Shown in pieces: positions 29,694 to 39,212 of a DNA stretch of 64,000 nucleotides. Numbering within the stretch: position 1 is the stretch's first letter; the number at the start of each line of letters is the position of its first letter. Source of the DNA: an uncultured Christensenella sp. (GTDB lineage: Bacteria > Bacillota > Clostridia > Christensenellales > Borkfalkiaceae); the NCBI GenBank assembly GCA_910578765.1, contig CAJTRW010000001.1, positions 3,386 to 67,385 on the forward strand. The letters are read 5' to 3'. The notes under the pieces are model-generated. The model did not search any database. It was given only the letters and a program-made list of their open reading frames with translations, and was not told the DNA's origin. The position numbers and the translations under genes were made by a program.

Positions 29694-29703
29694 GTCAGTC
29701 TCC

Positions 29704-30237
29704 TTAAAAATTAGGCGGTGTGGAAATCCACAGAAATTTCGCCGTTCCGTTTCCGTTGTTTGAAATATTGTGCGACTTGTCCGCCGCATAGTAAAAGGTT
29801 TCGCCCTTTTTGCAAATATATTTCTTTTTGCCCAGCTCCAGACATATCCTGCCTTCCAAAACGTATCCGAACTCCTCTCCCTCGTGAGGGAAATCGACCG
29901 AGGTGGACGCGCCCGCCAACAGCTCAACAAGGACGGGTTCCATTTCGTTTTTCTGCGCGTTGGGTATTATCCATTTCAAAAGCATGCCGTTTTCATGCTT
30001 TTCTATGAAATCATCGGCGGAGAAAACTATGCGCGCGTCGTCCTCTTTTTTGAAAAACTCGGCAAGGTCGGTACCCAAAGCCGAAAGAATGTCGCGCAAG
30101 GTCGAGATAGACGGCTCCGTCAAATCGTTTTCAAGCTGCGATATGTAGCCCTTGGTCAGCTCGCACCGGTCGGCAAGCTCCGCCTGCGAAAGGTTTAGCT
30201 GCAGCCTCAACCGTTTTATTTTATTGCCTATATCCAT
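29704..30237 (-). CDS. XRE-family HTH plus cupin transcriptional regulator (PuuR-like)
   Basis: 177 aa. N-terminal IKRLRLQLNLSQAELADRCELTKGYISQLEN and a C-terminal cupin (HEGEEFGYVLEG) are present. Confidence 0.82.
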   Translation of the reverse strand: MDIGNKIKRLRLQLNLSQAELADRCELTKGYISQLENDLTEPSISTLRDILSALGTDLAEFFKKEDDARIVFSADDFIEKHENGMLLKWIIPNAQKNEMEPVLVELLAGASTSVDFPHEGEEFGYVLEGRICLELGKKKYICKKGETFYYAADKSHNISNNGNGTAKFLWISTPPNF

Positions 30238-30353
30238 AATAATCCTCGGGATTAGAGATTTTAAACAAAAAGTTTAATAAAAATAAACCCAAACAAGAAG
30301 ATTATATATATACAGCCCCCCTATGTCAAATATTTTTGTATAGTAATAAAAAA

Positions 30354-30375
30354 ATTCCCCGTCGAAACGGGGAAT
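30354..30375. terminator. Bidirectional terminator after the SGNH esterase gene
   Basis: Stem attccccg / cggggaat with loop tcgaaa, flanked by an A-run and a T-run. Confidence 0.7.
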
Positions 30376-30392
30376 TTTTATTTACTGATGAA

Positions 30393-32195
30393 TTATGCGT
30401 TTACCCATTCGCCCGAAGCAAATGTAATATTGCTGAAACTTGCCCTGGTTCCTCTTACTACCCACAAACAAACATAAACGTATTTATTATCCGAAGCGCC
30501 GAGATCAAAATCTTTTACCGCGCTGTACGGCGCTTTATCGTTAAATGTAGCGACAACGGACTGGCTTGTTCTTGCAATTGACAAGCTATATTTCGTGCCT
30601 GTGGTTATACCGCTGTCCTTAACGCCCGAAGTGAATAACGTTCCGTTAAGTCTACCGGAATAAACATTGGCGTCAGCCCCCTTATTAGTCACGATACAAC
30701 CGGTATTTACGTAATTACTTTTCGCTGTATTTAAAGAATCTACCATTATGTCATCCCTGAGCATCATACCAAAGCCCGACTGATTATTAGAGCTATCGAA
30801 AGTTTCCAAAGTTACGTCCGCCGTCACTGTGAACGCGGTAGCAAACGGTATTTGTATAAATATACCGACAAGACTGTCGTCGCCGCTTTGTATCTTACCT
30901 TTACCTGCGTCGGCATTGACCGTAAACGTTACTCCGTCCTCGTCCGTTCCCTGTGTAATAGAATATTGACTTGTTGTAGCAATATTGGTAATACCCAGAT
31001 TTGCGCCGAACGCAGTGCCGTACCAGTTGTAAACCTTTTCGGAATTTGCGTCCTTAGTGGAACCGTTTACTGCCCATTTCGAGGATTTATCGGTATCGGG
31101 ATTGAAAGGTTCTTGCGAGGGCACTTCATAATCGTGATTAACCATAGCCGTCGCATTTTCGGCATAAGTCGGTTTTTTTGCGTTTGTCTTTACGCTTGCC
31201 GAAAGCGGTAAAGTTGTAGATTTAATAGCGTCAGCTATATAATAGCTGTTCATTTTAGCACCGAAAAGGTTTGTATGTGTTCCGTCATACGAAGCCAAAT
31301 CGGGAACGATTGACGATTTGGATTCATCACTCCATTTACCGCCTTTAATAGAATGATATTTAATGGCTTCGTCATAACCGATAGCCTTATAATCATTTTT
31401 GGTAAGCGTGGTTAAATCCACAAGCGTTAAATTCTGTTCAGTCGCCAAATCGCGTATTGCCTGCGCATAGTTGCCACCGTTCCAGTCGGTAGTAATATTT
31501 TTGTTGGTAGAATCGGTATAATTAGTTTTCGATTCCGTAATATGATCGGAATCATACTTTGCAGAGTCGGAAGCAAGTCTTACTATAGGCGTACAAAGAA
31601 TTGGCGTCGCTCCTTTGCTTACCGCAAGATCGATATAATAATGTTTCAATATGTACTTGAACGAAACAGGGCGTTGCGCGTCATAAGTCCCTATCATAGT
31701 CGAGGTATCCGAGGAAGAAAGCGTCGGGTCGGAATATCTGTCCGCTTCATACTTCTCGTCATTATGTCCGAAGCCGATAATAAGATAATCACCGTTCGTT
31801 ATATTCGAAAGCTGTGAATAGTTATTCTCTTTTGTAAAGCTGTAAGAGCTCCTTCCGGAAAGCGCAATGTTTATGACGTTTGCTTTATCTATGTTTATAT
31901 ATTCTTGAATCTGCGTACCGTAACCGTAGCGCGGTATGTACAACGCTTTGTCGGTACTGCCGAAGTCGCAGACCGTGCTGTCGCCGACAAGGTAAATTTT
32001 ACCCGTGAATTTTACGGAAGTATCTTGTTCGGGCGTCCCGCCTTCGGGAGGGTTGGTTGTGCCGCCCGGGGGATTAGTCGTTCCGCCGTTTTCCTTATCC
32101 TTGCCCTTGCAGGCGGTCATGCCAACGCAGGCGAACGCCGTGCCGATACACAGTGCGGACGCCAGAACCGCGCTTAAAATTTTTTTGCTTTTCAT
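30393..32195 (-). CDS. Lipoprotein with an SGNH/GDSL esterase domain (rhamnogalacturonan acetylesterase RhgT-like) and a C-terminal beta-sandwich domain
   Basis: Start set at MKSKKILS (ATG 32195, AAGGAG RBS). Lipobox MTAC is present. SGNH blocks are IYLVGDSTV, GFGHND and DGTHTN. Confidence 0.75.
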   Translation of the reverse strand: MKSKKILSAVLASALCIGTAFACVGMTACKGKDKENGGTTNPPGGTTNPPEGGTPEQDTSVKFTGKIYLVGDSTVCDFGSTDKALYIPRYGYGTQIQEYINIDKANVINIALSGRSSYSFTKENNYSQLSNITNGDYLIIGFGHNDEKYEADRYSDPTLSSSDTSTMIGTYDAQRPVSFKYILKHYYIDLAVSKGATPILCTPIVRLASDSAKYDSDHITESKTNYTDSTNKNITTDWNGGNYAQAIRDLATEQNLTLVDLTTLTKNDYKAIGYDEAIKYHSIKGGKWSDESKSSIVPDLASYDGTHTNLFGAKMNSYYIADAIKSTTLPLSASVKTNAKKPTYAENATAMVNHDYEVPSQEPFNPDTDKSSKWAVNGSTKDANSEKVYNWYGTAFGANLGITNIATTSQYSITQGTDEDGVTFTVNADAGKGKIQSGDDSLVGIFIQIPFATAFTVTADVTLETFDSSNNQSGFGMMLRDDIMVDSLNTAKSNYVNTGCIVTNKGADANVYSGRLNGTLFTSGVKDSGITTGTKYSLSIARTSQSVVATFNDKAPYSAVKDFDLGASDNKYVYVCLWVVRGTRASFSNITFASGEWVNA

Positions 32196-32236
32196 ATAAT
32201 TCTCCTTAAAAAATATTTCAAACTGATAAGGATATT

Positions 32237-32276
32237 TGTGCGTTAATTCATTAACGCACAAGAGGGTACCCTCTTG
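32237..32276 (-). terminator. Two abutting hairpins right after the TIR gene stop (probable end of the island operon)
   Basis: Stems tgtgcgttaa / ttaacgcaca (32237-32260) and caagaggg / ccctcttg (32259-32276). There is no strong T-run. Confidence 0.45.
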
Positions 32277-32291
32277 CATTTCGACTTTTAA

Positions 32292-33431
32292 TTATAAATT
32301 TTTACCGAGCAGATATTTTTTGTATTTATTGTAATCTATGTCGATAACCGGTATTATGCTTGCGCAGGCGTCCACGTTTATTTGACGGTAAACGTCGTCG
32401 CTGCCCCTGTCCGCAAAAAGTATGTTGCCCTGACTGTCGCCGACAAAGAAATAACCGTCGTCTATCGAATCTGTCAGCGGCGCTTTTTCAAGCACTTCTT
32501 TCAGTTGCGGATAATTATTTTCATGCTCGGCAGCGCGCAGAAACCTGATTGCTTTGCCGTTGCCGTCCTTTTTCAGACACTCCGCAAAAGACGGTTCTAA
32601 CTCAATATGTTTTTCTTTCAGTCGCACGTCCCCTTTGTCAAGGAAAAGACCGTCGTTTATATAATCCATGACGCTTACCGCCAAGGAACGGCAAGCCGCG
32701 CCGTACAGCTCGTCTGAAACGAAAATTGCGCTAATCGTATCACCGTTATAGGCAAACACCTTCCACTCCGCATCCTGACCGTTGACCACGTTTTCAACTA
32801 TGCGGCAGGAAGTTTTTATGCGGTAATTCGCGTCTGTAAGCCCGTCCTCCGCAAGCGCGTCTATCTTGCCGCTTTCCTGCGACAGACACCCCCAGGTGGC
32901 AAACACGTCCTTTATAAGGGAATTGACAAGACCGTCGTCGTCCGTGCGCCCGAAAGCCGCCGTCTTATATATCCTGTCTTTATCGAACTTTTTTGAAAAG
33001 TGTCCCGTGCGCTCTAAAATTTTATCGAAATCCGCGGGATGCGCGCCGAGGAGCTTCTGTGTGGAAACGCTGAGAAAATTCTGCAAATTCATAGGGTCGC
33101 CGTCGCCCATAAGTACGTACGCCGTACCGAATTTTTTATGCGATTTTTCAAGACTTTCCGCCATATCGAACTCTTTGAGGCACGCCTCGCTGAAAATGAA
33201 ATCCGGACTGACAAGATATAAAATACCGCAGCAGTTTTTATTTGCCGTGACTTCCTCTACCTTTTTAAGCCAGTTCTGACCCGTTTTAAGCTCCGCGTCG
33301 TACCAAAAGTCCGCGCCATAATCGTTAAGCGCGGAAAGAAGCTTTGACACCGCTTCGCCATCCGCATGAGAATAGCTTACGAAAACGTATTTGCCGGAGG
33401 GGTTTTTTCTGCCGAGATATGTGTTGATCAT
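32292..33431 (-). CDS. TIR-domain protein with a ~230-aa uncharacterised C-terminal domain
   Basis: 379 aa. N-terminal KYVFVSYSHADGEAV...FWYDAEL..G.NW...V......CCGILYLVSPDFIFSEACLKEFDMA is a bacterial TIR pattern. The start overlaps the upstream stop (ATGA). Confidence 0.8.
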   Translation of the reverse strand: MINTYLGRKNPSGKYVFVSYSHADGEAVSKLLSALNDYGADFWYDAELKTGQNWLKKVEEVTANKNCCGILYLVSPDFIFSEACLKEFDMAESLEKSHKKFGTAYVLMGDGDPMNLQNFLSVSTQKLLGAHPADFDKILERTGHFSKKFDKDRIYKTAAFGRTDDDGLVNSLIKDVFATWGCLSQESGKIDALAEDGLTDANYRIKTSCRIVENVVNGQDAEWKVFAYNGDTISAIFVSDELYGAACRSLAVSVMDYINDGLFLDKGDVRLKEKHIELEPSFAECLKKDGNGKAIRFLRAAEHENNYPQLKEVLEKAPLTDSIDDGYFFVGDSQGNILFADRGSDDVYRQINVDACASIIPVIDIDYNKYKKYLLGKNL

Positions 33432-35857
33432 TGCTTTTCACCCTCCTTTATCACGGTCTCGTAAAATTTGGAGCACCTTATCAGTATAGGATAAGTTATC
33501 CAGCGCGTTTTTTCGAATTTCTTCGGCGCGATGTAATAATATCTTTTACTTATCTCGTACGAAAAATATGTAATGACGTTGTATTCCTTTTTTGGAAGAT
33601 ATTGCTCGCTTTCGTATACGGTGAAGGCGTTTATAGTGGTTTTATCTACGTTTACCCGACTTGAAGTATGCGTAAGAACCTGCGGGTAACAGGCAAACCT
33701 TGTACCGCCCGCGTCGTCGCCCTTGAAAAATTTCAAAAGCTCTATAACCCTGCCGATGAATTTGTCTCGTTCGCCGCGACACTGCTCCTCGTCGTCGAGG
33801 TCGCAACGGTATACGTATTCGAATCCGCCGCCGGATTTTCTTCTGCGTTCTACCAGATAGCACTTGCCGTTTTTATCGTCCATGCTTATAAACGCGCCGA
33901 GGGGTGTAAGACTTACCATCTCCCTGCCGAGCATAATGGATATTTCGGACTTCTGCTCCTCGGTGTCGTCGATAAGATTTCTGAAAAGAGTATAAAAAGT
34001 AGGCGACTGCCCCAAAACTTTAAGCTTACCGCGCACCCCCTGCATGAAAGCGAAATCTATCGCCTCCCTGCATTCCTTTACCGCCTGCGCGTTCAGCGAC
34101 GAGGTTTGTTCCGCCTTTATTTCGTAATCGAGCTGCTGGCTTGTGCAATTGGCAAGTCCCGCGTAGTAAGTTAAAATAATTTTTAAGGTGTCTCGCAACG
34201 CCGAGCGGACGTCCATAATACCGCTCATGCCGCTTATCAAATCTATTTTGTTTTGTATGCTGTAAACGTTTTCGCTGGGGCTTACGCTGTGGTCGGTCTT
34301 GTCCCTGTCCAAATTTTCGAGGCTGTACACAAGCGCGTCGGTATACGCCCTGATTTTAAAGGGCTTCAACGTCTGCGCAACCACGCCGTCATCACCGTCT
34401 ACCTCGCCGAGATTAAGGGAAAGATACTTAATAGACTCACCGTAAAACTCTTTTCTGAGTTCTTCCACTTCGACCGAGTCGAAATCCGCAAATCTTTTTT
34501 CCAGCTGACGGTTCACCTGTGAAAACAGCTCGTCATAGCTTTGGGTACCTATATATTCGAACTTAGCGAAAAGCTGAGGAAGAATTTCCTTACAGCCGAC
34601 GACAGAAAACAGAATTGTCAAAATGGATACTATATCCATATTGCTTACGCAGTCTGCTTTAAGCCTGTCCTTCGACTCGATAACCCTGTCTTCGTTACAA
34701 AGTCTGTTCCGCGCGCCGAATTTACAGCCCGCGCCGGAGCATACGCAGTCCTCTTTGCATATATTGAAGTTGTTTTTGATAACGGGCAGAATATAATTTT
34801 CCACTACGGCAAATTGCTTGTCCTTGGCAACGACGAGAATTTCAAGCGCGTCCATAACGGAGGCAGCAAGCTCGCCGTAATATTTATAGCTAGAAAGTCC
34901 GTTACAGAATGACATTCTGTGTCTTTTCCGCAACAGGTCTCCCGTTATGTAAGAGTAAATCTTACCAGTGCTGGGCGCAAGAATTATCAGTCCCCTGTCC
35001 GCCTGCGGATTTATTTCCGGAGAAAAGAAAATTTTCACCGCCTCGCTTGTGTCGTTGTCGCTAAGCCCCGTATAGTTAAGGCGCAGAACCTTGGGACCTT
35101 TTTTATTTGATAATTCTTCAATGTTTCTTAAAAGCAGAAATTTATCGCAATATTCGTTCGGCGAATATCTGACAAGCGCATATTTCGACGGATAGAAATT
35201 GTCGCCGACCTTGAAGCAGCACGGAACAACCTTTGCGTCCGCGTCCGCATATTCGCCGTCGTCGGTAATTTCAATGTCGCAGATAAACCCGAATTTTTTG
35301 AAAAGAGTATATAAAATATCGTTCGACTCCGTCATGTGCCCCTTCTTTTTGAAGGATGACTGGCGCAGCTTTTGGATATGCCTGAAAACGGAAATATATT
35401 CCTTCGTTTCGCTGTAAAAAGCGCCGCCCTTTTTTAAAACGTCGAATTTGTCGCGGAAGCTTTCGCTTGCGTCAAGCCCCAGCGCGATATTCAAAAGCAC
35501 GAAGCGCACCACGTCGTCGGTCACGTTATACGTGCTGTATAAATTGTCTGCGGCGTGCTTTATACGCGCTTCGCAATTGGATTCCGCACGGAAATCAACT
35601 GTCTTGTATAGCGCCTTGTATTTTGAAACGATGTACGCGAAAACGAGGTTGACTATACGGTTGAACATTTCCTCGCGGTAAATGGAAGCCGTTCTTAAAT
35701 TTTTTTCCAGCTTTTTCAGCTCTTTTTCGTAGTCCGAAACGAAATCCAAACCGAGTACTATCTGTCTGACGTACTTATCCTTTATCCCGCGACATAAATC
35801 AATAATTTTATCTGTGGCGTCTTTTTCTTCAAAGACGTCTGCACTTTCTAACGGCAT
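33428..35857 (-). CDS. Hypothetical 809-aa protein (no family recognised)
   Basis: Long uninterrupted ORF in operon context. The only motif noticed is the Cys cluster CKEDCVCSGAGCKFGARNRLC (about 34697-34765). Confidence 0.7.
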   Translation of the reverse strand: MPLESADVFEEKDATDKIIDLCRGIKDKYVRQIVLGLDFVSDYEKELKKLEKNLRTASIYREEMFNRIVNLVFAYIVSKYKALYKTVDFRAESNCEARIKHAADNLYSTYNVTDDVVRFVLLNIALGLDASESFRDKFDVLKKGGAFYSETKEYISVFRHIQKLRQSSFKKKGHMTESNDILYTLFKKFGFICDIEITDDGEYADADAKVVPCCFKVGDNFYPSKYALVRYSPNEYCDKFLLLRNIEELSNKKGPKVLRLNYTGLSDNDTSEAVKIFFSPEINPQADRGLIILAPSTGKIYSYITGDLLRKRHRMSFCNGLSSYKYYGELAASVMDALEILVVAKDKQFAVVENYILPVIKNNFNICKEDCVCSGAGCKFGARNRLCNEDRVIESKDRLKADCVSNMDIVSILTILFSVVGCKEILPQLFAKFEYIGTQSYDELFSQVNRQLEKRFADFDSVEVEELRKEFYGESIKYLSLNLGEVDGDDGVVAQTLKPFKIRAYTDALVYSLENLDRDKTDHSVSPSENVYSIQNKIDLISGMSGIMDVRSALRDTLKIILTYYAGLANCTSQQLDYEIKAEQTSSLNAQAVKECREAIDFAFMQGVRGKLKVLGQSPTFYTLFRNLIDDTEEQKSEISIMLGREMVSLTPLGAFISMDDKNGKCYLVERRRKSGGGFEYVYRCDLDDEEQCRGERDKFIGRVIELLKFFKGDDAGGTRFACYPQVLTHTSSRVNVDKTTINAFTVYESEQYLPKKEYNVITYFSYEISKRYYYIAPKKFEKTRWITYPILIRCSKFYETVIKEGEKQ

Positions 35858-35873
35858 AATATTTCCCTTTAAA

Positions 35874-36827
35874 TCAATTGCGTCTTATAAGCAGATTTGC
35901 AAGCTGCCTGTACTTTTCCTTTGCCATTACCTCGTCGGGGGCATCGGTGGCAAGCTTTGCAAGACAGCACTCCTGCCATTTGAACCTGTCCACCTCGGGA
36001 ATGCCGGGCACCGCGCCCTCCTGCATACCCCACGCCAGTCTGATAACTCCGCGCGTGTCGTGTGCCTTTGTATCCATTTCCTCACGGAAGCCCGCAAACA
36101 GATTGTCCTTGTAATATGCAGGATATACGTGCGTATCGATCTGCATTTCCCTGAAAGGAACCGCCGAGGGACAGAAGATTATCTTTTTCTCGTTTTTGAC
36201 CGCCGCCCATTTTGCCATAAGCTTTTCGAAGCACAGCCTTGTGCCCTTTTCGAACTGTACGGACGGGCGCATGCAGCACACTATGGTGTCCGACCTGTCA
36301 AGCGAGAAGGTAGCCATGTCCTGCGTGCCCGACGGAGTATCGAAAACGACGGTACAGTCGCATCTGTCCATGACGTCGAACGCGGCGGTTAAATTTTTGT
36401 TTTCCGGCCCCTGACCGTTCATTGCGAAAACCGTTTCCCAAAGAGCGTCCTGCTCTGCGGGGGTAACGTCGGAGCGAAGAAGAAGAACCGCCTCGTTTTC
36501 CACGTCGCGCGTAAAATAATTGCCAATGGGGATAAAATACTCGTTCAGTTTTTTATACGAGCCCCAGTCCGTCGGGTCGCCGTTATAATTGAATGTGTCG
36601 GATTTGGCGCGGACGCCGAGACCCTGCAAGGATTGCTCCGCGTCGTACTTGGCGCCGGAATCCTTTATAAGCATGGACATGCCGTAGCTTTCCGTATCAG
36701 CGTCCACTATGATAAGCGGAGATTTGCGGGTGGGCTTTTGCTCCTGAATAAGATAATAAAGGGTATTAAGCGTTGCGGTCGTTCTGCCGGAACCGCCTTT
36801 ATATGAAAAGAATGAAATAACCGACAT
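35874..36827 (-). CDS. ParA/MinD-like (SIMIBI) ATPase with a KGGSGR variant Walker A
   Basis: 317 aa. ISFFSYKGGSGRTTATLN is a deviant Walker A with Arg in place of the GK[ST] lysine. IVDADTES and a Walker B-like VVFDTPSG are present. Confidence 0.75.
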   Translation of the reverse strand: MSVISFFSYKGGSGRTTATLNTLYYLIQEQKPTRKSPLIIVDADTESYGMSMLIKDSGAKYDAEQSLQGLGVRAKSDTFNYNGDPTDWGSYKKLNEYFIPIGNYFTRDVENEAVLLLRSDVTPAEQDALWETVFAMNGQGPENKNLTAAFDVMDRCDCTVVFDTPSGTQDMATFSLDRSDTIVCCMRPSVQFEKGTRLCFEKLMAKWAAVKNEKKIIFCPSAVPFREMQIDTHVYPAYYKDNLFAGFREEMDTKAHDTRGVIRLAWGMQEGAVPGIPEVDRFKWQECCLAKLATDAPDEVMAKEKYRQLANLLIRRN

Positions 36828-36855
36828 AAAAAATTTTTCTCCTTGGTTTCCCCGT

Positions 36856-39201
36856 TTACTCCTTGTTCGACGGCACCTTTGCCGTGAGATAAGTTATAAG
36901 ATTGCGCATGAATTTAGAGCTGTCTCCCTCCGCGCCGAAAACGTTTCTGATTATTGTGCTGTGCGCGTCCTTTCTGTCCTCGGGGTCGCCGTTTTTCAAA
37001 AAAGCCACAAGCTGGGGATTGTATTCCATAGAAAGTAAGGACAAAAGCTGTAATTTTTCCGTAAGGTGCACAAGCTTGGTAAGCTTAACCGCGTCGGTAT
37101 CCTTGTCGAAGGAATTCAACTTGTCTATAACCTTTTCGCGGTTGCTTCTTTCGCCCGCTTCCAGATTGGCAAGCAGATTGTCCGCCGTAAGCTGGTCGTC
37201 TATAAGGTCTATAAGCCCGTTAGCGACGAAACCCGCTATGTCTCTGAAAAGCTTCCTTGTACGTCCGATATATTCGTCGCGCCAGGCAATTTCCTCCGCG
37301 TGCTTTTTATGCGCGGCGGAAAGCACGTTTTCGTACTTTTCGCGCTCTGCCTGCGCTGCTTTCTTTTCCTGTCTGCGCCTGTTTCTTTCGCTGTCGATAA
37401 AGGGCTCCTCATACTGCTCGTAATAGCGGTAGAAGGATATAAGCGCGTCAATGTAATAGTAGTTGGTAATTGCGTTGAAGCCGTCCTTATCCCATACCCA
37501 GCTCGACTCTCCGCCCTTGCGCTTTTTGTTGCGGATGATATCTTTTAAAGACTCCTTCATCTGCTTCTGAGGATACTGCACAACATACTGACTCATCAGG
37601 TTGTTGTTTTTAAGCATAAGGGGCAGAAGCGGAACCGCCGCTATATTGACTTTTCTGAGCTGTTTGGCAAGCTCGGAATTGGTGTCGTCCACCTTGTCGG
37701 AAAAGTCAAGTATATAGCTGTCTATTTTATATAAAAGTCCTTCGTTCTCGATCTCGTTATAACAGCGCTGCGTATTCTGTATAGCTATCTGGAAGGTGTT
37801 CAGCATTTTTTCGTATTCTTCGGGGTCGTTTACGGAAAGCTCATAATCGTACGCCGAATTCAATATTATGCCTATTACGAAAAGATTGTTGAAAAACGCG
37901 TTGTTGTGGCTGGAAAGCCTTACCGTATCCATGTCGACGAGAGTACCGTCCTCGTAACAGGGGCCCTTGGACATATTGACCTTAAAAGGCGTTTTTGTTT
38001 TCAGGTTGCCGAAGCCCTCGTTCCACAGACTTTCCGCAAGAGAGACGGAGGCTTCTTTCAATACAGTGAAAGCGCCGTCTGCGCCGTCCTCGTCCGCCCT
38101 GTACGTCAGCGGCTGCCCGGCGTTGATTGCGTTATAAAGCAGGTCAAGCTCTTTTAAAGAGTCCGCGGAAAGGTTGGAAAGGAAGTCCGCAAATTCGTCG
38201 AACCCGTCGCGTTTAAGGCGCTGCACCGTCTTTTCAAGCGAGGCCGGGTTGGTCAGCCCATGATAAAATTTAAAGTGCGCGACGGTGTCGCCCGAGGCCG
38301 AAAGCTGCTTTTCGAAGCGTCTTAATTTGCCGACAATATCAGCGCCGCAATCGAACCGTTTAAAAAGCCCCAGATAGACCGTCGACGCAACGTAAGAGAA
38401 ATATAACGAAGGCTCTGCCCCGCTCATCTTCCTGAACGACCAGCCCGCCACTTTTCCATCGCGACGGACTATGCAGTCGCACGTGATTCTGATACATTCG
38501 AGATACAGCGCGCGGACAGCCTTTTCCACTTCCTCAGCGGAAAGTGTTTCGTCCGCGGTATAAACCCTGTCGCCCTTTATTTCCCATTTGATTTTAGCGT
38601 ATTCTTCGGGGGCTACCCTTTTCATGCGGGCAAGGAAGCTTTCAACCGAGTCCGCGGCAAGGAACACCCAGCTTGCGCTGTCCAAATAGCCGCCCGTATC
38701 CCAACGAAGCCCTTCCGTCGCGGTGGTGTCGTCGTAAAAAGGCATACTGGAAAGAAGTATTCTTCCGCCCGACTTAACGCCCGAAGGGAAGCACTCGGCA
38801 AGCAGCTTGCAGACCGAATTTACAATTACGTTCAGTGTAGAGGGCTTGCCTTCCGTAAGCATTTCGGCAAAAGTTACACCTTCCGCCCCCTCCTCCTTTT
38901 CGTCCTCCAATAAGGAAATCTCTAACAGAAGCGCGGAGAGCGACGGGGCTATGGAAAGCACCCCCACCTCCTGCATTTCGTCGGAAAGGAAAAGTCCCTC
39001 GTCTGCGAGAGCGCGGCGCGTTCTTCTGTCGCCCGAACGGTATCCGTTAGCTATAAGGTCTTTAATCCACTCCCTTGCCGCAACTCTTTTGCTTTTGAAT
39101 TTTCTGAATATGCCGCTCTCTCCGCCGGCTTCCGCAAGACCGTCGAACTCGTCCGCGGCATTATAATTCTTTTCGCTCAATTTCTCTCTCTCCTTTATCA
39201 T
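36856..39201 (-). CDS. Hypothetical 781-aa, largely alpha-helical protein (no family recognised)
   Basis: Long ORF 11 nt after the radical SAM stop. It is rich in helix-like W/Y segments (ASWVFLAADS, SLYFSYVASTVYLGL, WVWDKDGFNAITNYYYIDALISFY) and has a coiled-coil tail. Confidence 0.7.
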   Translation of the reverse strand: MIKEREKLSEKNYNAADEFDGLAEAGGESGIFRKFKSKRVAAREWIKDLIANGYRSGDRRTRRALADEGLFLSDEMQEVGVLSIAPSLSALLLEISLLEDEKEEGAEGVTFAEMLTEGKPSTLNVIVNSVCKLLAECFPSGVKSGGRILLSSMPFYDDTTATEGLRWDTGGYLDSASWVFLAADSVESFLARMKRVAPEEYAKIKWEIKGDRVYTADETLSAEEVEKAVRALYLECIRITCDCIVRRDGKVAGWSFRKMSGAEPSLYFSYVASTVYLGLFKRFDCGADIVGKLRRFEKQLSASGDTVAHFKFYHGLTNPASLEKTVQRLKRDGFDEFADFLSNLSADSLKELDLLYNAINAGQPLTYRADEDGADGAFTVLKEASVSLAESLWNEGFGNLKTKTPFKVNMSKGPCYEDGTLVDMDTVRLSSHNNAFFNNLFVIGIILNSAYDYELSVNDPEEYEKMLNTFQIAIQNTQRCYNEIENEGLLYKIDSYILDFSDKVDDTNSELAKQLRKVNIAAVPLLPLMLKNNNLMSQYVVQYPQKQMKESLKDIIRNKKRKGGESSWVWDKDGFNAITNYYYIDALISFYRYYEQYEEPFIDSERNRRRQEKKAAQAEREKYENVLSAAHKKHAEEIAWRDEYIGRTRKLFRDIAGFVANGLIDLIDDQLTADNLLANLEAGERSNREKVIDKLNSFDKDTDAVKLTKLVHLTEKLQLLSLLSMEYNPQLVAFLKNGDPEDRKDAHSTIIRNVFGAEGDSSKFMRNLITYLTAKVPSNKE

Positions 39202-39212
39202 TTGTTACTTTA

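Noticed and set aside
29694-29930. Extended potA ORF (583 aa) overlapping the XRE-cupin regulator gene.
   Set aside because: The extension is Arg/Ser-rich nonsense that overlaps a well-supported gene. The conserved ABC N-terminus begins at MGKSENIIELIDV. The same logic applies to the trimmed starts at 2835, 32279, 48374 and 63368.
32284-32300. AT-rich 15-mer at the left island junction resembling one at 46743-46760 (13 of 15 matches), a possible att duplication.
   Set aside because: The match is short, AT-rich, imperfect and overlaps stop codons, and no integrase is present. It could easily be chance.
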